64,000 nt of DNA from Sulfurospirillaceae bacterium (GCA_033723415.1 JAWVXD010000001.1:64001-128000); one strand, 5' to 3'; shown: positions 18,396-26,445, counted from the stretch's first letter. Numbers and translations are program-made. The notes: generated from the sequence alone by a model not told the origin.

Positions 18396-18485
18396 ACTGT
18401 TCGTTCAATTTATCAATTTTAAACTATTAAATAAAAAGGTAAATCTATATAACATTATAATTAGGTATCCTGTCCCCGGAATTAT
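18396..18485. repeat. Copy 2 of the ~90-bp direct repeat, abutting the truncated attC
   Basis: See 15611-15699; ends with AATTAGGTATCCTGTCCCCGGAATTAT. Confidence 0.75.
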
Positions 18486-18488
18486 ACC

Positions 18489-18501
18489 TGATTTGTTAGG
18501 A
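18489..18501 (-). mobile_element. Truncated attC site (R'' box plus 6 bp)
   Basis: Minus strand TCCTAAC-AAATCA overlaps the stop of the 234-aa ORF. TCCTAAC is the exact complement of the GTTAGGA that opens this cassette, and AAATCA matches the start of attC 19208-19276. The rest of the site is replaced by the repeat motif. Confidence 0.6.
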
Positions 18502-19200
18502 GAGAACATGTTCTACCATCTCATTAAATGCCTGCTTATCATCAACATCGCTGTATGCGAAGTCAGCTAAAATAGATAATCTAAGGAGTGGAATATATTC
18601 AGAAGATGCTTTGTTGATTTTGTAATCCATTAACAACTTTTCATCTATAGAACCTTTAATGCAGAACTCTTTATTCTCTGGATCAAACTCTACTAGTAGA
18701 TAGTTCGGTCCCCAGTTAGTCCATATTTCGTATTTATGAAAACATGGTTCATAAATAGCAAACTGAAATACTAATTGTCGAAAAATACGATGAGAGAGCT
18801 CGACAAATAAATGTGCAATATCAACTGCATCTTCAACTTTTTCTCGATCAGGTATAATAAAATCGTGTTCAAGCATATTGCGAATTTTATTGAGACGACT
18901 TAGAATGCGAGGGGCTATTAACCCGACTTCCTTAATACGTTCAATTTTTTTGGGAAACTGCTTTTCTTTTTTTAAGCCCAATACATTGACAATCGCTTCA
19001 ACCTGACAATCAATAGCTCGTTTAGCATTAGTTAATGCATTGATATTGCCATGATTTGAGTTTTGTTCTAAATCTTTCTCAGCAATCTTCAAAAAGTCAT
19101 GAGATGTTGTTTCAAATGGAAATTCTACATCAGTATATGCACATCTCTCAAACTCTTGTAGGATATGTTTATGCTGATGTAGAAATTGTTTGAGCTTCAA
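18496..19200 (-). CDS. Integron cassette protein with HEPN-like R-x4-H motif
   Basis: Helical N-terminal half: LTNAKRAIDCQVE...LSRLNKIRNMLEHDF (RNxxxH). TTG start with RBS AGGAG supplied by the attC R' box. Confidence 0.6.
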   Translation of the reverse strand: MKLKQFLHQHKHILQEFERCAYTDVEFPFETTSHDFLKIAEKDLEQNSNHGNINALTNAKRAIDCQVEAIVNVLGLKKEKQFPKKIERIKEVGLIAPRILSRLNKIRNMLEHDFIIPDREKVEDAVDIAHLFVELSHRIFRQLVFQFAIYEPCFHKYEIWTNWGPNYLLVEFDPENKEFCIKGSIDEKLLMDYKINKASSEYIPLLRLSILADFAYSDVDDKQAFNEMVEHVLS

Positions 19201-19207
19201 GGTTGTC

Positions 19208-19276
19208 TCCTAACGTTTGAGTTGAGAAATATTTGAGCCGTAGGGTCAAATATTTCTCTCCAATGATTTGTTATAA
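19208..19276 (-). mobile_element. attC recombination site
   Basis: Minus strand TTATAAC...GTTAGGA, 69 bp, internal 13-bp inverted repeat GAGAAATATTTGA/TCAAATATTTCTC; 3' end AACTCAAACGTTA shared with attC 20066-20132. Confidence 0.85.
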
Positions 19277-19277
19277 A

Positions 19278-19463
19278 TTAGTCTGTATCATTTTCTTCTG
19301 AATTTTCTATTATTAAGTCTTTATATTTTGTTATATCTTTTTCATAACCTTCAGTAGTATATTGAAGCTTTGGTATGCTTACATCAAAATTTGGTTGATC
19401 ATCATTTTGTTCTGAAGCATTTTCTTGACTATTATTTTGCTCTTCTGAAGTATTTTCACTCAT
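19278..19463 (-). CDS. Small acidic, low-complexity cassette protein
   Basis: 61 aa, E/N/Q/D-rich, strong RBS AAAAGGA; stop 1 bp before the attC R'' box. Confidence 0.6.
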   Translation of the reverse strand: MSENTSEEQNNSQENASEQNDDQPNFDVSIPKLQYTTEGYEKDITKYKDLIIENSEENDTD

Positions 19464-19483
19464 TTGAAATTCCTTTTTAGTAT

Positions 19484-19987
19484 TTATTTTATTTTGTGTA
19501 AATAATTATATGAAATATATCCTGTTGTTATCATTACTAATGCTACAGAGGCAATAGTTAAAATATATCCATATCTTAAATTTTTAGCTTTCTTTAATAT
19601 TATTTCATTGTATTCTGAAACTGCTTCTTTCATACTTTGAGATAAAGCAAATTGTATGGTTATTAATTTTTCTTCTTTAAACAAATCAAATACCTCACTT
19701 GTTAAAGGTAATTTTGGTACAGTTGTTAATCTTAATGATAAGAAATAAAATAACCATGCTAAAAATAAAAAAATAAAACTTAAAGATACAGGTATAAAAA
19801 CGAAATTATTTATTTTATATAAGCTATCAATGACTAATATCTTTAATAAAGCACTATAAATAGTTAATAAAATATATGTAAATCGTAATTGATTGTTTGC
19901 TTTATCATCTAATCGTTTAAACCTATCCACTTCCATATTAAATAAATCTTTTGAATATTCATAAAATAAAGTCCATTTTTTTTCCAA
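19484..19987 (-). CDS. Three-TM cassette protein resembling Pycsar-effector (DUF5706)-type membrane proteins
   Basis: RFKRLDDKANNQL-TM-TM ... ILKKAKNLRYGY-TM architecture; RBS TAAGGA, TTG start. Family call is by pattern only. Confidence 0.5.
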   Translation of the reverse strand: MEKKWTLFYEYSKDLFNMEVDRFKRLDDKANNQLRFTYILLTIYSALLKILVIDSLYKINNFVFIPVSLSFIFLFLAWLFYFLSLRLTTVPKLPLTSEVFDLFKEEKLITIQFALSQSMKEAVSEYNEIILKKAKNLRYGYILTIASVALVMITTGYISYNYLHKIK

Positions 19988-20004
19988 TAATATTCCTTAT
20001 GTAT

Positions 20005-20048
20005 TTATAACGGGGGCGCGGGTGTTCAGCCCGCCCCCCCCGTTATCT
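20005..20048 (-). mobile_element. Unusually short GC-rich attC-like site (44 bp)
   Basis: Minus strand AGATAAC-GGGGGGGGCGGGCTGAACACCCGCGCCCCC-GTTATAA; folds as a hairpin; R boxes complement the neighbouring sites. Confidence 0.6.
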
Positions 20049-20065
20049 CGGATGCGTAGCGTCCG

Positions 20066-20132
20066 AGATAACGTTTGAGTTCACCAATAAATGCCCTGTG
20101 GGCATTTATTGGTGTGCGACGTTTTGTTAAGT
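20066..20132 (-). mobile_element. attC recombination site
   Basis: Minus strand ACTTAAC...GTTATCT, 67 bp, perfect 15-bp arms CACCAATAAATGCCC/GGGCATTTATTGGTG; begins 5 bp after the stop of the 617-aa ORF. Confidence 0.85.
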
Positions 20133-20137
20133 TTTCT

Positions 20138-21991
20138 TTAGTCATAAGATCGCTTTAATCGAGCAACTCTATTGATTTGAGTCAATATTGATACATTCCT
20201 TTGTTCTTGATCTTTTGAACTAGTTTTATCTTCAATAAACTCCGAAAGGCTTTGAAATGCTGGAAATTTTTGCATTGCTTTTTTGGTACCTACTGTAGAG
20301 AGTTTTTTTACAGAACCTAAAAGTGGAATTATTATCCCTAGTCCATCTTCACCTAAATCCAAGAGATGCTTAGTAACATTTTTTTCGCTTAATGCTTTTT
20401 CAACTTCTGTATTGTAGATAGAGATTCTTTTATTTCTTTCATCTATTTCCAATAAAGACAATTCAGAAAATAATGAATTCATACCATTACGAATAACACT
20501 ACTTGAAATTTCATCTTCAAAATCGTGAATAGGAATATAGTCATTGACATCGAATGATGAAATCAAATCTATACTTAGATTTTTTCGGTGTTGGATATAC
20601 TCTGAATCAAAAATGTTTCCAAGGTTTTCAAGATTTGTTGTTTTAAAAAAGTTAAGCATATTTCCCATTATCAGCGCATATGGATGATCAGAATATTGTT
20701 GTCCATTAATAAAAAAAGGAAAATATGTTGCATCCAAAGCGTGAGCTAAATGAATTTGATCACTATTGACAATAAACTCAAATTCAATTTCTTCTTTATT
20801 CTTTGATGGAAGACCTTCGATTATAGGTTTGTTTACTCCGTATCTTGAAATACCCATCGGACCAGCTTCGTTTAGTGTGTCGAGACTTGCTCTTAACGCT
20901 TGTTTTGGCCAAAGTAAGAAATTGGAAACTGTATTTATGTCTTTACCTGTGATAGTAGCTATCTCTTGAATTAATGGAAATAATAATTTTGTTAATTCTG
21001 GATTACTAAAAAGGTATGATTTATTCATTGCTACTAGATCAATAGCGCATAGTGCGGATAAAGCTCTTCTGCTTACAACCGCTGCAGAGTTCGTTTGAAA
21101 TGCTTCATTCAAAAAGCCATAATCTAATCTTGACTCTGGTTGCATGTTTAAAATAATCAATCTTCCCCGTTCTACAAGATGTAATATTTCAGCCTTACTT
21201 ATTTTCTGATCATGTAAAAAAGTACTCATATCTTCGGCTAGAGGAAGAACACAATAAACAATATCATATAAAAGTAGATGATTTCGTAGATTGGCATTTT
21301 GGAATTTTGAAAAATTTACTAAGCATGATGTTTTATTAGGCTTTATAAAATACAAATCATCTTTTGAAACAGTTCCTTCATATATTCCTTCTACATTGTC
21401 AAACCAAAAACGTTCGTCTCGTTCCAAAAATGTGCAATTCAGTCTTTGTCGTGATTTTGAAGATAGAATATGAAAAACTTCATCTTGAGGTTGAAGGATT
21501 ACCTCTATATCACCCTCTTGTTTGAGTTGAAAAGAATATGGACTTTTCAAAGCATCTAATGTTTTTTGAAGATCATAGTATTCAGTCTCAGTAAGCTTTT
21601 CAATATACTTAACTATGATGGTGTGGTTTTGATGATCTTCGTTGATTCCACTTATTTTGATTTTAGGGTGTATAGAAAAAATATGATTATAGATTTGATG
21701 CATTGTTAAAGGAAAACCTTCAAACTTCGATGGTATATCTTTGTCTTCTATGCATTTTAGTTCCGCAGTATAATTACTTGGTTCACGATCTACGAGTTGT
21801 ACAGGGGCAGTTACAAACTTTATTTCATGGTTGAATATCTTTTTCAATTCGAAAAAATCTTTGATGTCCTCAGCTACAAAAATTTGAAACTCAAGATCAT
21901 TTAATTTGAATATTCTTGTATTTATGTATGGATATCTAGATCTAAAATTAAGATCAATTCTTCTACACCATCCATCATATTGCAAAGACAT
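20138..21991 (-). CDS. Hypothetical protein, first integron cassette
   Basis: 617-aa soluble ORF bounded by GTTAAGT (22013-22007) and complementary ACTTAAC (20132-20126); no family recognised. Confidence 0.75.
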   Translation of the reverse strand: MSLQYDGWCRRIDLNFRSRYPYINTRIFKLNDLEFQIFVAEDIKDFFELKKIFNHEIKFVTAPVQLVDREPSNYTAELKCIEDKDIPSKFEGFPLTMHQIYNHIFSIHPKIKISGINEDHQNHTIIVKYIEKLTETEYYDLQKTLDALKSPYSFQLKQEGDIEVILQPQDEVFHILSSKSRQRLNCTFLERDERFWFDNVEGIYEGTVSKDDLYFIKPNKTSCLVNFSKFQNANLRNHLLLYDIVYCVLPLAEDMSTFLHDQKISKAEILHLVERGRLIILNMQPESRLDYGFLNEAFQTNSAAVVSRRALSALCAIDLVAMNKSYLFSNPELTKLLFPLIQEIATITGKDINTVSNFLLWPKQALRASLDTLNEAGPMGISRYGVNKPIIEGLPSKNKEEIEFEFIVNSDQIHLAHALDATYFPFFINGQQYSDHPYALIMGNMLNFFKTTNLENLGNIFDSEYIQHRKNLSIDLISSFDVNDYIPIHDFEDEISSSVIRNGMNSLFSELSLLEIDERNKRISIYNTEVEKALSEKNVTKHLLDLGEDGLGIIIPLLGSVKKLSTVGTKKAMQKFPAFQSLSEFIEDKTSSKDQEQRNVSILTQINRVARLKRSYD

Positions 21992-22006
21992 TTAATCCCT
22001 TTATGA

Positions 22007-22036
22007 ACTTAACTATTTATTAACACCATTATTATA
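22007..22036 (-). mobile_element. Putative attI site with Pc-like -10 box
   Basis: Minus strand TATAAT-AATGG-TGTTAAT-AAATA-GTTAAGT: core R box preceded by a 5-bp spacer and a degenerate L box, with no attC-type palindrome. Confidence 0.5.
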
Positions 22037-22212
22037 GTTATATCATACTTAAATTAGCTCTAAACTCAACGATATGTCATATTTTAACCATATATGCAAT
22101 GTTTAGTATACTATTTGGCTCAGATAAACTACAATTTTATGATAAAAAGACATCATAGGATATAGGAAATATTTTGCAAACAGTATAAAAAAGCAATCCT
22201 TGTCTTTATGAT

Positions 22213-22293
22213 TCTAATACAACTTCCCAAACAAATCTACATGAAGTAGATAGACTCTCAGATCAAACTCTACTTGATGGTGGTTTTTTGCAT
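22213..22293 (-). repeat. Duplicated 3' end of the ygjP-like gene (direct repeat of 25953-26034)
   Basis: 48 bp identical (22213-22260 = 25953-26000), 1 mismatch, 18 bp identical, then a degenerate tail; includes the stop codon. Confidence 0.9.
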
Positions 22294-22592
22294 TTCAAGT
22301 AACACACAAAAGGCGAAGATCATTGGCAAGCTAGCAAAGCAATTTGAGATGAGAAAATCTCTGTATTGAGGTGAAATATAGAATTTAGTATACTCTTCTG
22401 GTGACTATTTTAGGTTGGATATTGCAAAGTTTACATCAATATGATAGAATATAAGTTATTGCGGTTAATTTTGCTACTCAATAAAAATTTCTAAGTACAG
22501 TGAAGTGCAAAATACAAATAGTTGAATTATAATTGCTTTTTAGGGTCATTCGAAAATTATGTAATGTGAAATACATGCATAAAAGGAGAAAC

Positions 22593-23498
22593 ATGAGAAG
22601 GCGAAATTTTATTATTTTTACTATATTTCTCCCGTTTTATCTCTATGCTCAAAATTACACTATAGCTTTTGTACAAGATACTATGGCAAATGACTTTAGA
22701 AAAGCACAAGTTTATCAGGTTAAAAAAGAACTACAAAAATACAAAAATATAAATTTTGTTTTTAGTGATGCTCTAGGTCAAACTGCACTTTTGATATTTC
22801 AGTTAGATAAATTTATTGATAAAAAAGTTGATGTGATTATTCTAGGTACAAATGATGGAAATGCGGTTGTACCTTCACTGATAAAAGCACAAAGAGCAAA
22901 AATTCCTGTTATAATCCTCGGCAGAGGTGTAGATACAGATAAATATACTACTTTCATAAATTCCGATAATGTCAAAATAGGACAAATGGCTGGTGACTTT
23001 ATCAGTAGAAAACTAGGGGGCAAAGGAACTATCGTGTTGTTTGAAGGAATAAAGACAACAGATATAGCTGTAGATAGGACAAAAGGTTTTGAAGATGTGG
23101 TTTCTCATCGTAAAGGCATCAAAATCATAAAAGTGACAGGTAACTATCTCAGACGCGACGCGATAATAGCGACAGAAAAGCTCATCGCAAAAGGTATCAA
23201 ATTTGATGCTATATTTAGTGAAAGCGACAGTATGTTAAGTGGTGCTAGACTAGCTATGATCAAGCATGGGATTGACCCTAAAAATATCATATCTATTGGA
23301 TGTGGATATATAAATGAAGCTAAAGTGGCTATTGAAGATGGTTTACAAACAGGATCTATAAAATCTCCCCATGCCGGGCAAGAGGCAGCAAAGATCGCTA
23401 TGGACATTATCAATAAAAAAAATGTAAAAAAACATATCTTAATGCCTATAACGTTAATTACAAAAGATAACGTAGACTCTATAAAGCCGATATTTTGA
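22593..23498 (+). CDS. Periplasmic sugar-binding protein, RbsB/LacI-type fold; start moved to ATG 22593
   Basis: RBS AAAAGGAG; MRRRNFI signal; KKVDVIILG, AKIPVIILGRG, FINSDNVKIGQMAG, DRTKGF, DAIFSESDSMLSGA. Confidence 0.85.
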   Translation: MRRRNFIIFTIFLPFYLYAQNYTIAFVQDTMANDFRKAQVYQVKKELQKYKNINFVFSDALGQTALLIFQLDKFIDKKVDVIILGTNDGNAVVPSLIKAQRAKIPVIILGRGVDTDKYTTFINSDNVKIGQMAGDFISRKLGGKGTIVLFEGIKTTDIAVDRTKGFEDVVSHRKGIKIIKVTGNYLRRDAIIATEKLIAKGIKFDAIFSESDSMLSGARLAMIKHGIDPKNIISIGCGYINEAKVAIEDGLQTGSIKSPHAGQEAAKIAMDIINKKNVKKHILMPITLITKDNVDSIKPIF

Positions 23499-25957
23499 AA
23501 CAGGTCAACTTGAGTATAAAATTAGTAACCTTTAGTGTTGTAGTATCACTAGTAGCATTATTGCTTATTGGAAATTATTTTTATATATTTTTAGATAAAA
23601 ACAGCTACAACAAAGCGAAAAGAGACATCGTACAGATATTTCAACAAGTCAAAAGAGATATGGACAAAGATGCTCAAACATTATCTGATCAGACGCATTT
23701 TCTAGATCATGACAAATCGCTATTGGCTTGTATCTATCTTATAAATAATTATGAAGATATAGAACCATATAATCACATACTACTGGATGAAGAGAAAAAA
23801 ATCATACTCCAACATCTTTTAAAACAAGTTGAGTTTTCTTTTAGTGATTCAATGTATATTTTTGGCAAAAATCGACAATTTATAGCAGGAGTAGAAAAAA
23901 ATGATGGTTTTTATAAGCTCATATTGAGAACAATGATCGATAAAAAATATAAATTTTATACATCAAATGCTATGGATAATAGCTTTATTGTGGATGATAA
24001 TATAACAGAACATATAAAGACAATACACAATGATACATACAAAGATTATAAAGGAGTTTCACCACAAATAACATACAAAATCAGCAATAACAACCTTCTT
24101 ATCACAGCCCACCATTCTTTATTTTCTGATAAAAATAAATATCCTGTTGCTCAAATCGAGATAAGTAAAACTTTAACAAAACTAAATCTACAAAAATACC
24201 TAAATAATAGAAATAATGAAATATACTTCAGTCAAGATAGTATGTATGCAAAAATGGCAAATGATCCAAAAAATCTTGATGACATTAAGATATCTGAAAA
24301 TAGTCAATATTATATTTCATATTTAGACCTTGGCACACAAAACGGCAGGCTATTTTTGGTGGTAAAACAAAATAAACAAGACATAACAAATTTACTTAAG
24401 GACAGTCGATATAACTTTTTGAATCTCTTCTTAGTAGTAGCCTTTTCTCTTACGATGCTGATGTATATTGTTTACAATCGAATACTTATAGAACCTCTTG
24501 AAATCCTAATGAAGAATATTAAAGAAGTAAATAAAAGAAATTTTTCAAAACTAATTCCGGTAAATACTAATGATGAATTAGAAAGCATTGCCTTAAGTGT
24601 TAAGAATCTAGCAAATAACGTAGAATCTACGGAGAAACAACTGGCATATTTAGCAGAACATGATGAATTGACCGGTTTATACAACAGGTATCATTTCAAT
24701 AGAACATTAAAAGAAGCAATCTTTAATATAAAGGAAGGAGAAAACCATCTTGTTCTTATCTTTTTGGATTTAGACCAATTCAAAATGGTAAACGATACCT
24801 TGGGTCACAATATAGGAGATATGCTTCTTGTAGAAGTTTCAAAAAGACTTGAGAACTTACTAAAGGACATAGGTATAGTCTCAAGAATAGGCGGAGATGA
24901 GTTTACAGTTATAGTAGAAAATGTAACAGATGAAAGATATTCTGAAGTGTTAGCAAAAAAAATAAAAAAACTTTTTGAAAATCATTTTAATATCAATGAA
25001 AATTTTATAATGACTTCTGTAAGCATGGGGATTGTGAAAGCACATGATAATCAGATTTCTCCTGAGAGATTATTTAAACACGTCGATCTTGCTCTTTATG
25101 AATCTAAAGAGGCAGGTAGGAACAGATATACATTTTATGAAGTTAGTTTTTCTAGCGAACTACATAAAAAAAGTGCGATGATCAATGAGTTAAAAGAAGC
25201 AATAAAAACGTTTAATGAATTTGAAATTGTCTACCAGCCTAAAGTATCTATGAAAACTGAGCTACCTACAAAAATGGAAGCGCTGGTAAGATGGCATAGC
25301 AAGAAGCTAGGAATCATCTCTCCAACAGAGTTTATACCTCTTGCCGAAGAGTCTGGACTTATCATTGAGCTTGGAAATTGGATTTTACAAAAATCATGTG
25401 AAGATTTTGTAGAGTTGTGTCAACAATATAATCAACTTGAGCAAGTGAGCGTAAATATCTCATCTGTACAGTTGAAACAAAAATTATTTTTAGAACAGAT
25501 AAACGATATTATAAATAAATCTCATATAGACAGAGATAAGTTGGAATTTGAGATAACAGAAAGATATATTGCTACTGATTCACAAGAAGCAATTATTTTG
25601 CTAGAAGATATTAGAAAGATGGGAATCGGCCTGTCTATAGATGATTTTGGTACAGGATATTCATCTTTGAGTTATCTGAAAAAACTTCCAATGACACATA
25701 TTAAGATAGATAAATCATTTGTTGAAGACATGCTTGAGAGTAAAGAGTCAAAATCTATAGTAAAAGCTATTATAGCACTTTCTCATACTTTTGGACTTGA
25801 GTGTACTGCAGAAGGTATCGAAGAAGAAGATGAACTTGAATTTTTGAGAAACAATAAATGTGATTATATTCAAGGGTTTTATTACGCTAAACCTATGAAA
25901 TTAGATGATCTTAAAAGATATCTGGCGCAATTTTTCATAGCCCAAAATAAAGTCTAA
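23495..25957 (+). CDS. Membrane-bound HAMP-GGDEF-EAL diguanylate cyclase/phosphodiesterase
   Basis: Two TM helices around a periplasmic domain, HAMP (PLEILMKNIKEV..DELESIA), HDELTGLYNR, intact RIGGDEF, MEALVRW, IDDFGTGYSSLSYL, AEGIE, QGFYY. Confidence 0.92.
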   Translation: MKQVNLSIKLVTFSVVVSLVALLLIGNYFYIFLDKNSYNKAKRDIVQIFQQVKRDMDKDAQTLSDQTHFLDHDKSLLACIYLINNYEDIEPYNHILLDEEKKIILQHLLKQVEFSFSDSMYIFGKNRQFIAGVEKNDGFYKLILRTMIDKKYKFYTSNAMDNSFIVDDNITEHIKTIHNDTYKDYKGVSPQITYKISNNNLLITAHHSLFSDKNKYPVAQIEISKTLTKLNLQKYLNNRNNEIYFSQDSMYAKMANDPKNLDDIKISENSQYYISYLDLGTQNGRLFLVVKQNKQDITNLLKDSRYNFLNLFLVVAFSLTMLMYIVYNRILIEPLEILMKNIKEVNKRNFSKLIPVNTNDELESIALSVKNLANNVESTEKQLAYLAEHDELTGLYNRYHFNRTLKEAIFNIKEGENHLVLIFLDLDQFKMVNDTLGHNIGDMLLVEVSKRLENLLKDIGIVSRIGGDEFTVIVENVTDERYSEVLAKKIKKLFENHFNINENFIMTSVSMGIVKAHDNQISPERLFKHVDLALYESKEAGRNRYTFYEVSFSSELHKKSAMINELKEAIKTFNEFEIVYQPKVSMKTELPTKMEALVRWHSKKLGIISPTEFIPLAEESGLIIELGNWILQKSCEDFVELCQQYNQLEQVSVNISSVQLKQKLFLEQINDIINKSHIDRDKLEFEITERYIATDSQEAIILLEDIRKMGIGLSIDDFGTGYSSLSYLKKLPMTHIKIDKSFVEDMLESKESKSIVKAIIALSHTFGLECTAEGIEEEDELEFLRNNKCDYIQGFYYAKPMKLDDLKRYLAQFFIAQNKV

Positions 25958-26445
25958 TACAACTTCCCAAACAAATCTACATGAAGTAGATAGACTCTCA
26001 AATCAAACTCTACTTGATGATAGTTCTTTTGCATCAATTCACAAAATTTATAAAATGCCTTGTTATGTTCTTTTTCTTTAAAGTGAGCGAGTTCGTGCAC
26101 GACTATCATCTCTAAAAACTGAGGTGGCAGCTCTTTGAACATCGTCGCCACTCGTATCTCGTTTTTAGCTTTTAGTTTTCCGCCTTGCACACGTGAGACA
26201 AACGTATGCGTGCCCAGTGCATCGCGCGTGACATTGATCTTGCCATCATATATCACTTTGGCGATTTGGTACTTTTTTAGATACTCGTTTTTCAAATCCA
26301 TCACATAAGCGTAGAGTGCTTTATCTGAAGATATAGAGTGTTTTTCCGGGTATTTTGATGTGAGATACGCTCCAAGTTGGCGTTCGTCTATCAAACTCTG
26401 GATTTGCTCTTGCAATGGTTTTGGGTAGTGGCTTATGTATTTCAT
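25954..26445 (-). CDS. YgjP-like M48 family metallopeptidase / UTP pyrophosphatase
   Basis: LGTHTFVSRVQGGKLKAKNEIRVA, IVVHELAHFKEKEHNKAFY (HExxH..H), YHQVEFDLRVYL. Confidence 0.8.
   Translation of the reverse strand: MKYISHYPKPLQEQIQSLIDERQLGAYLTSKYPEKHSISSDKALYAYVMDLKNEYLKKYQIAKVIYDGKINVTRDALGTHTFVSRVQGGKLKAKNEIRVATMFKELPPQFLEMIVVHELAHFKEKEHNKAFYKFCELMQKNYHQVEFDLRVYLLHVDLFGKLY

Noticed and set aside
19278..19987. Complete Pycsar/CBASS system
   Set aside because: No cyclase or nucleotidyltransferase gene recognisable in or near the cassette; only a pattern-level resemblance of the TM protein.
15600..22300. CRISPR array from the recurring short repeats
   Set aside because: Repeats are irregularly spaced, in both orientations and separated by whole genes; no cas genes.
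22040..22590. Integron integrase (intI) or its remnant next to the putative attI
   Set aside because: No ORF of useful length or tyrosine-recombinase motif (R..HxxR..Y) seen; the region holds the ygjP 3' duplicate and unassignable sequence.
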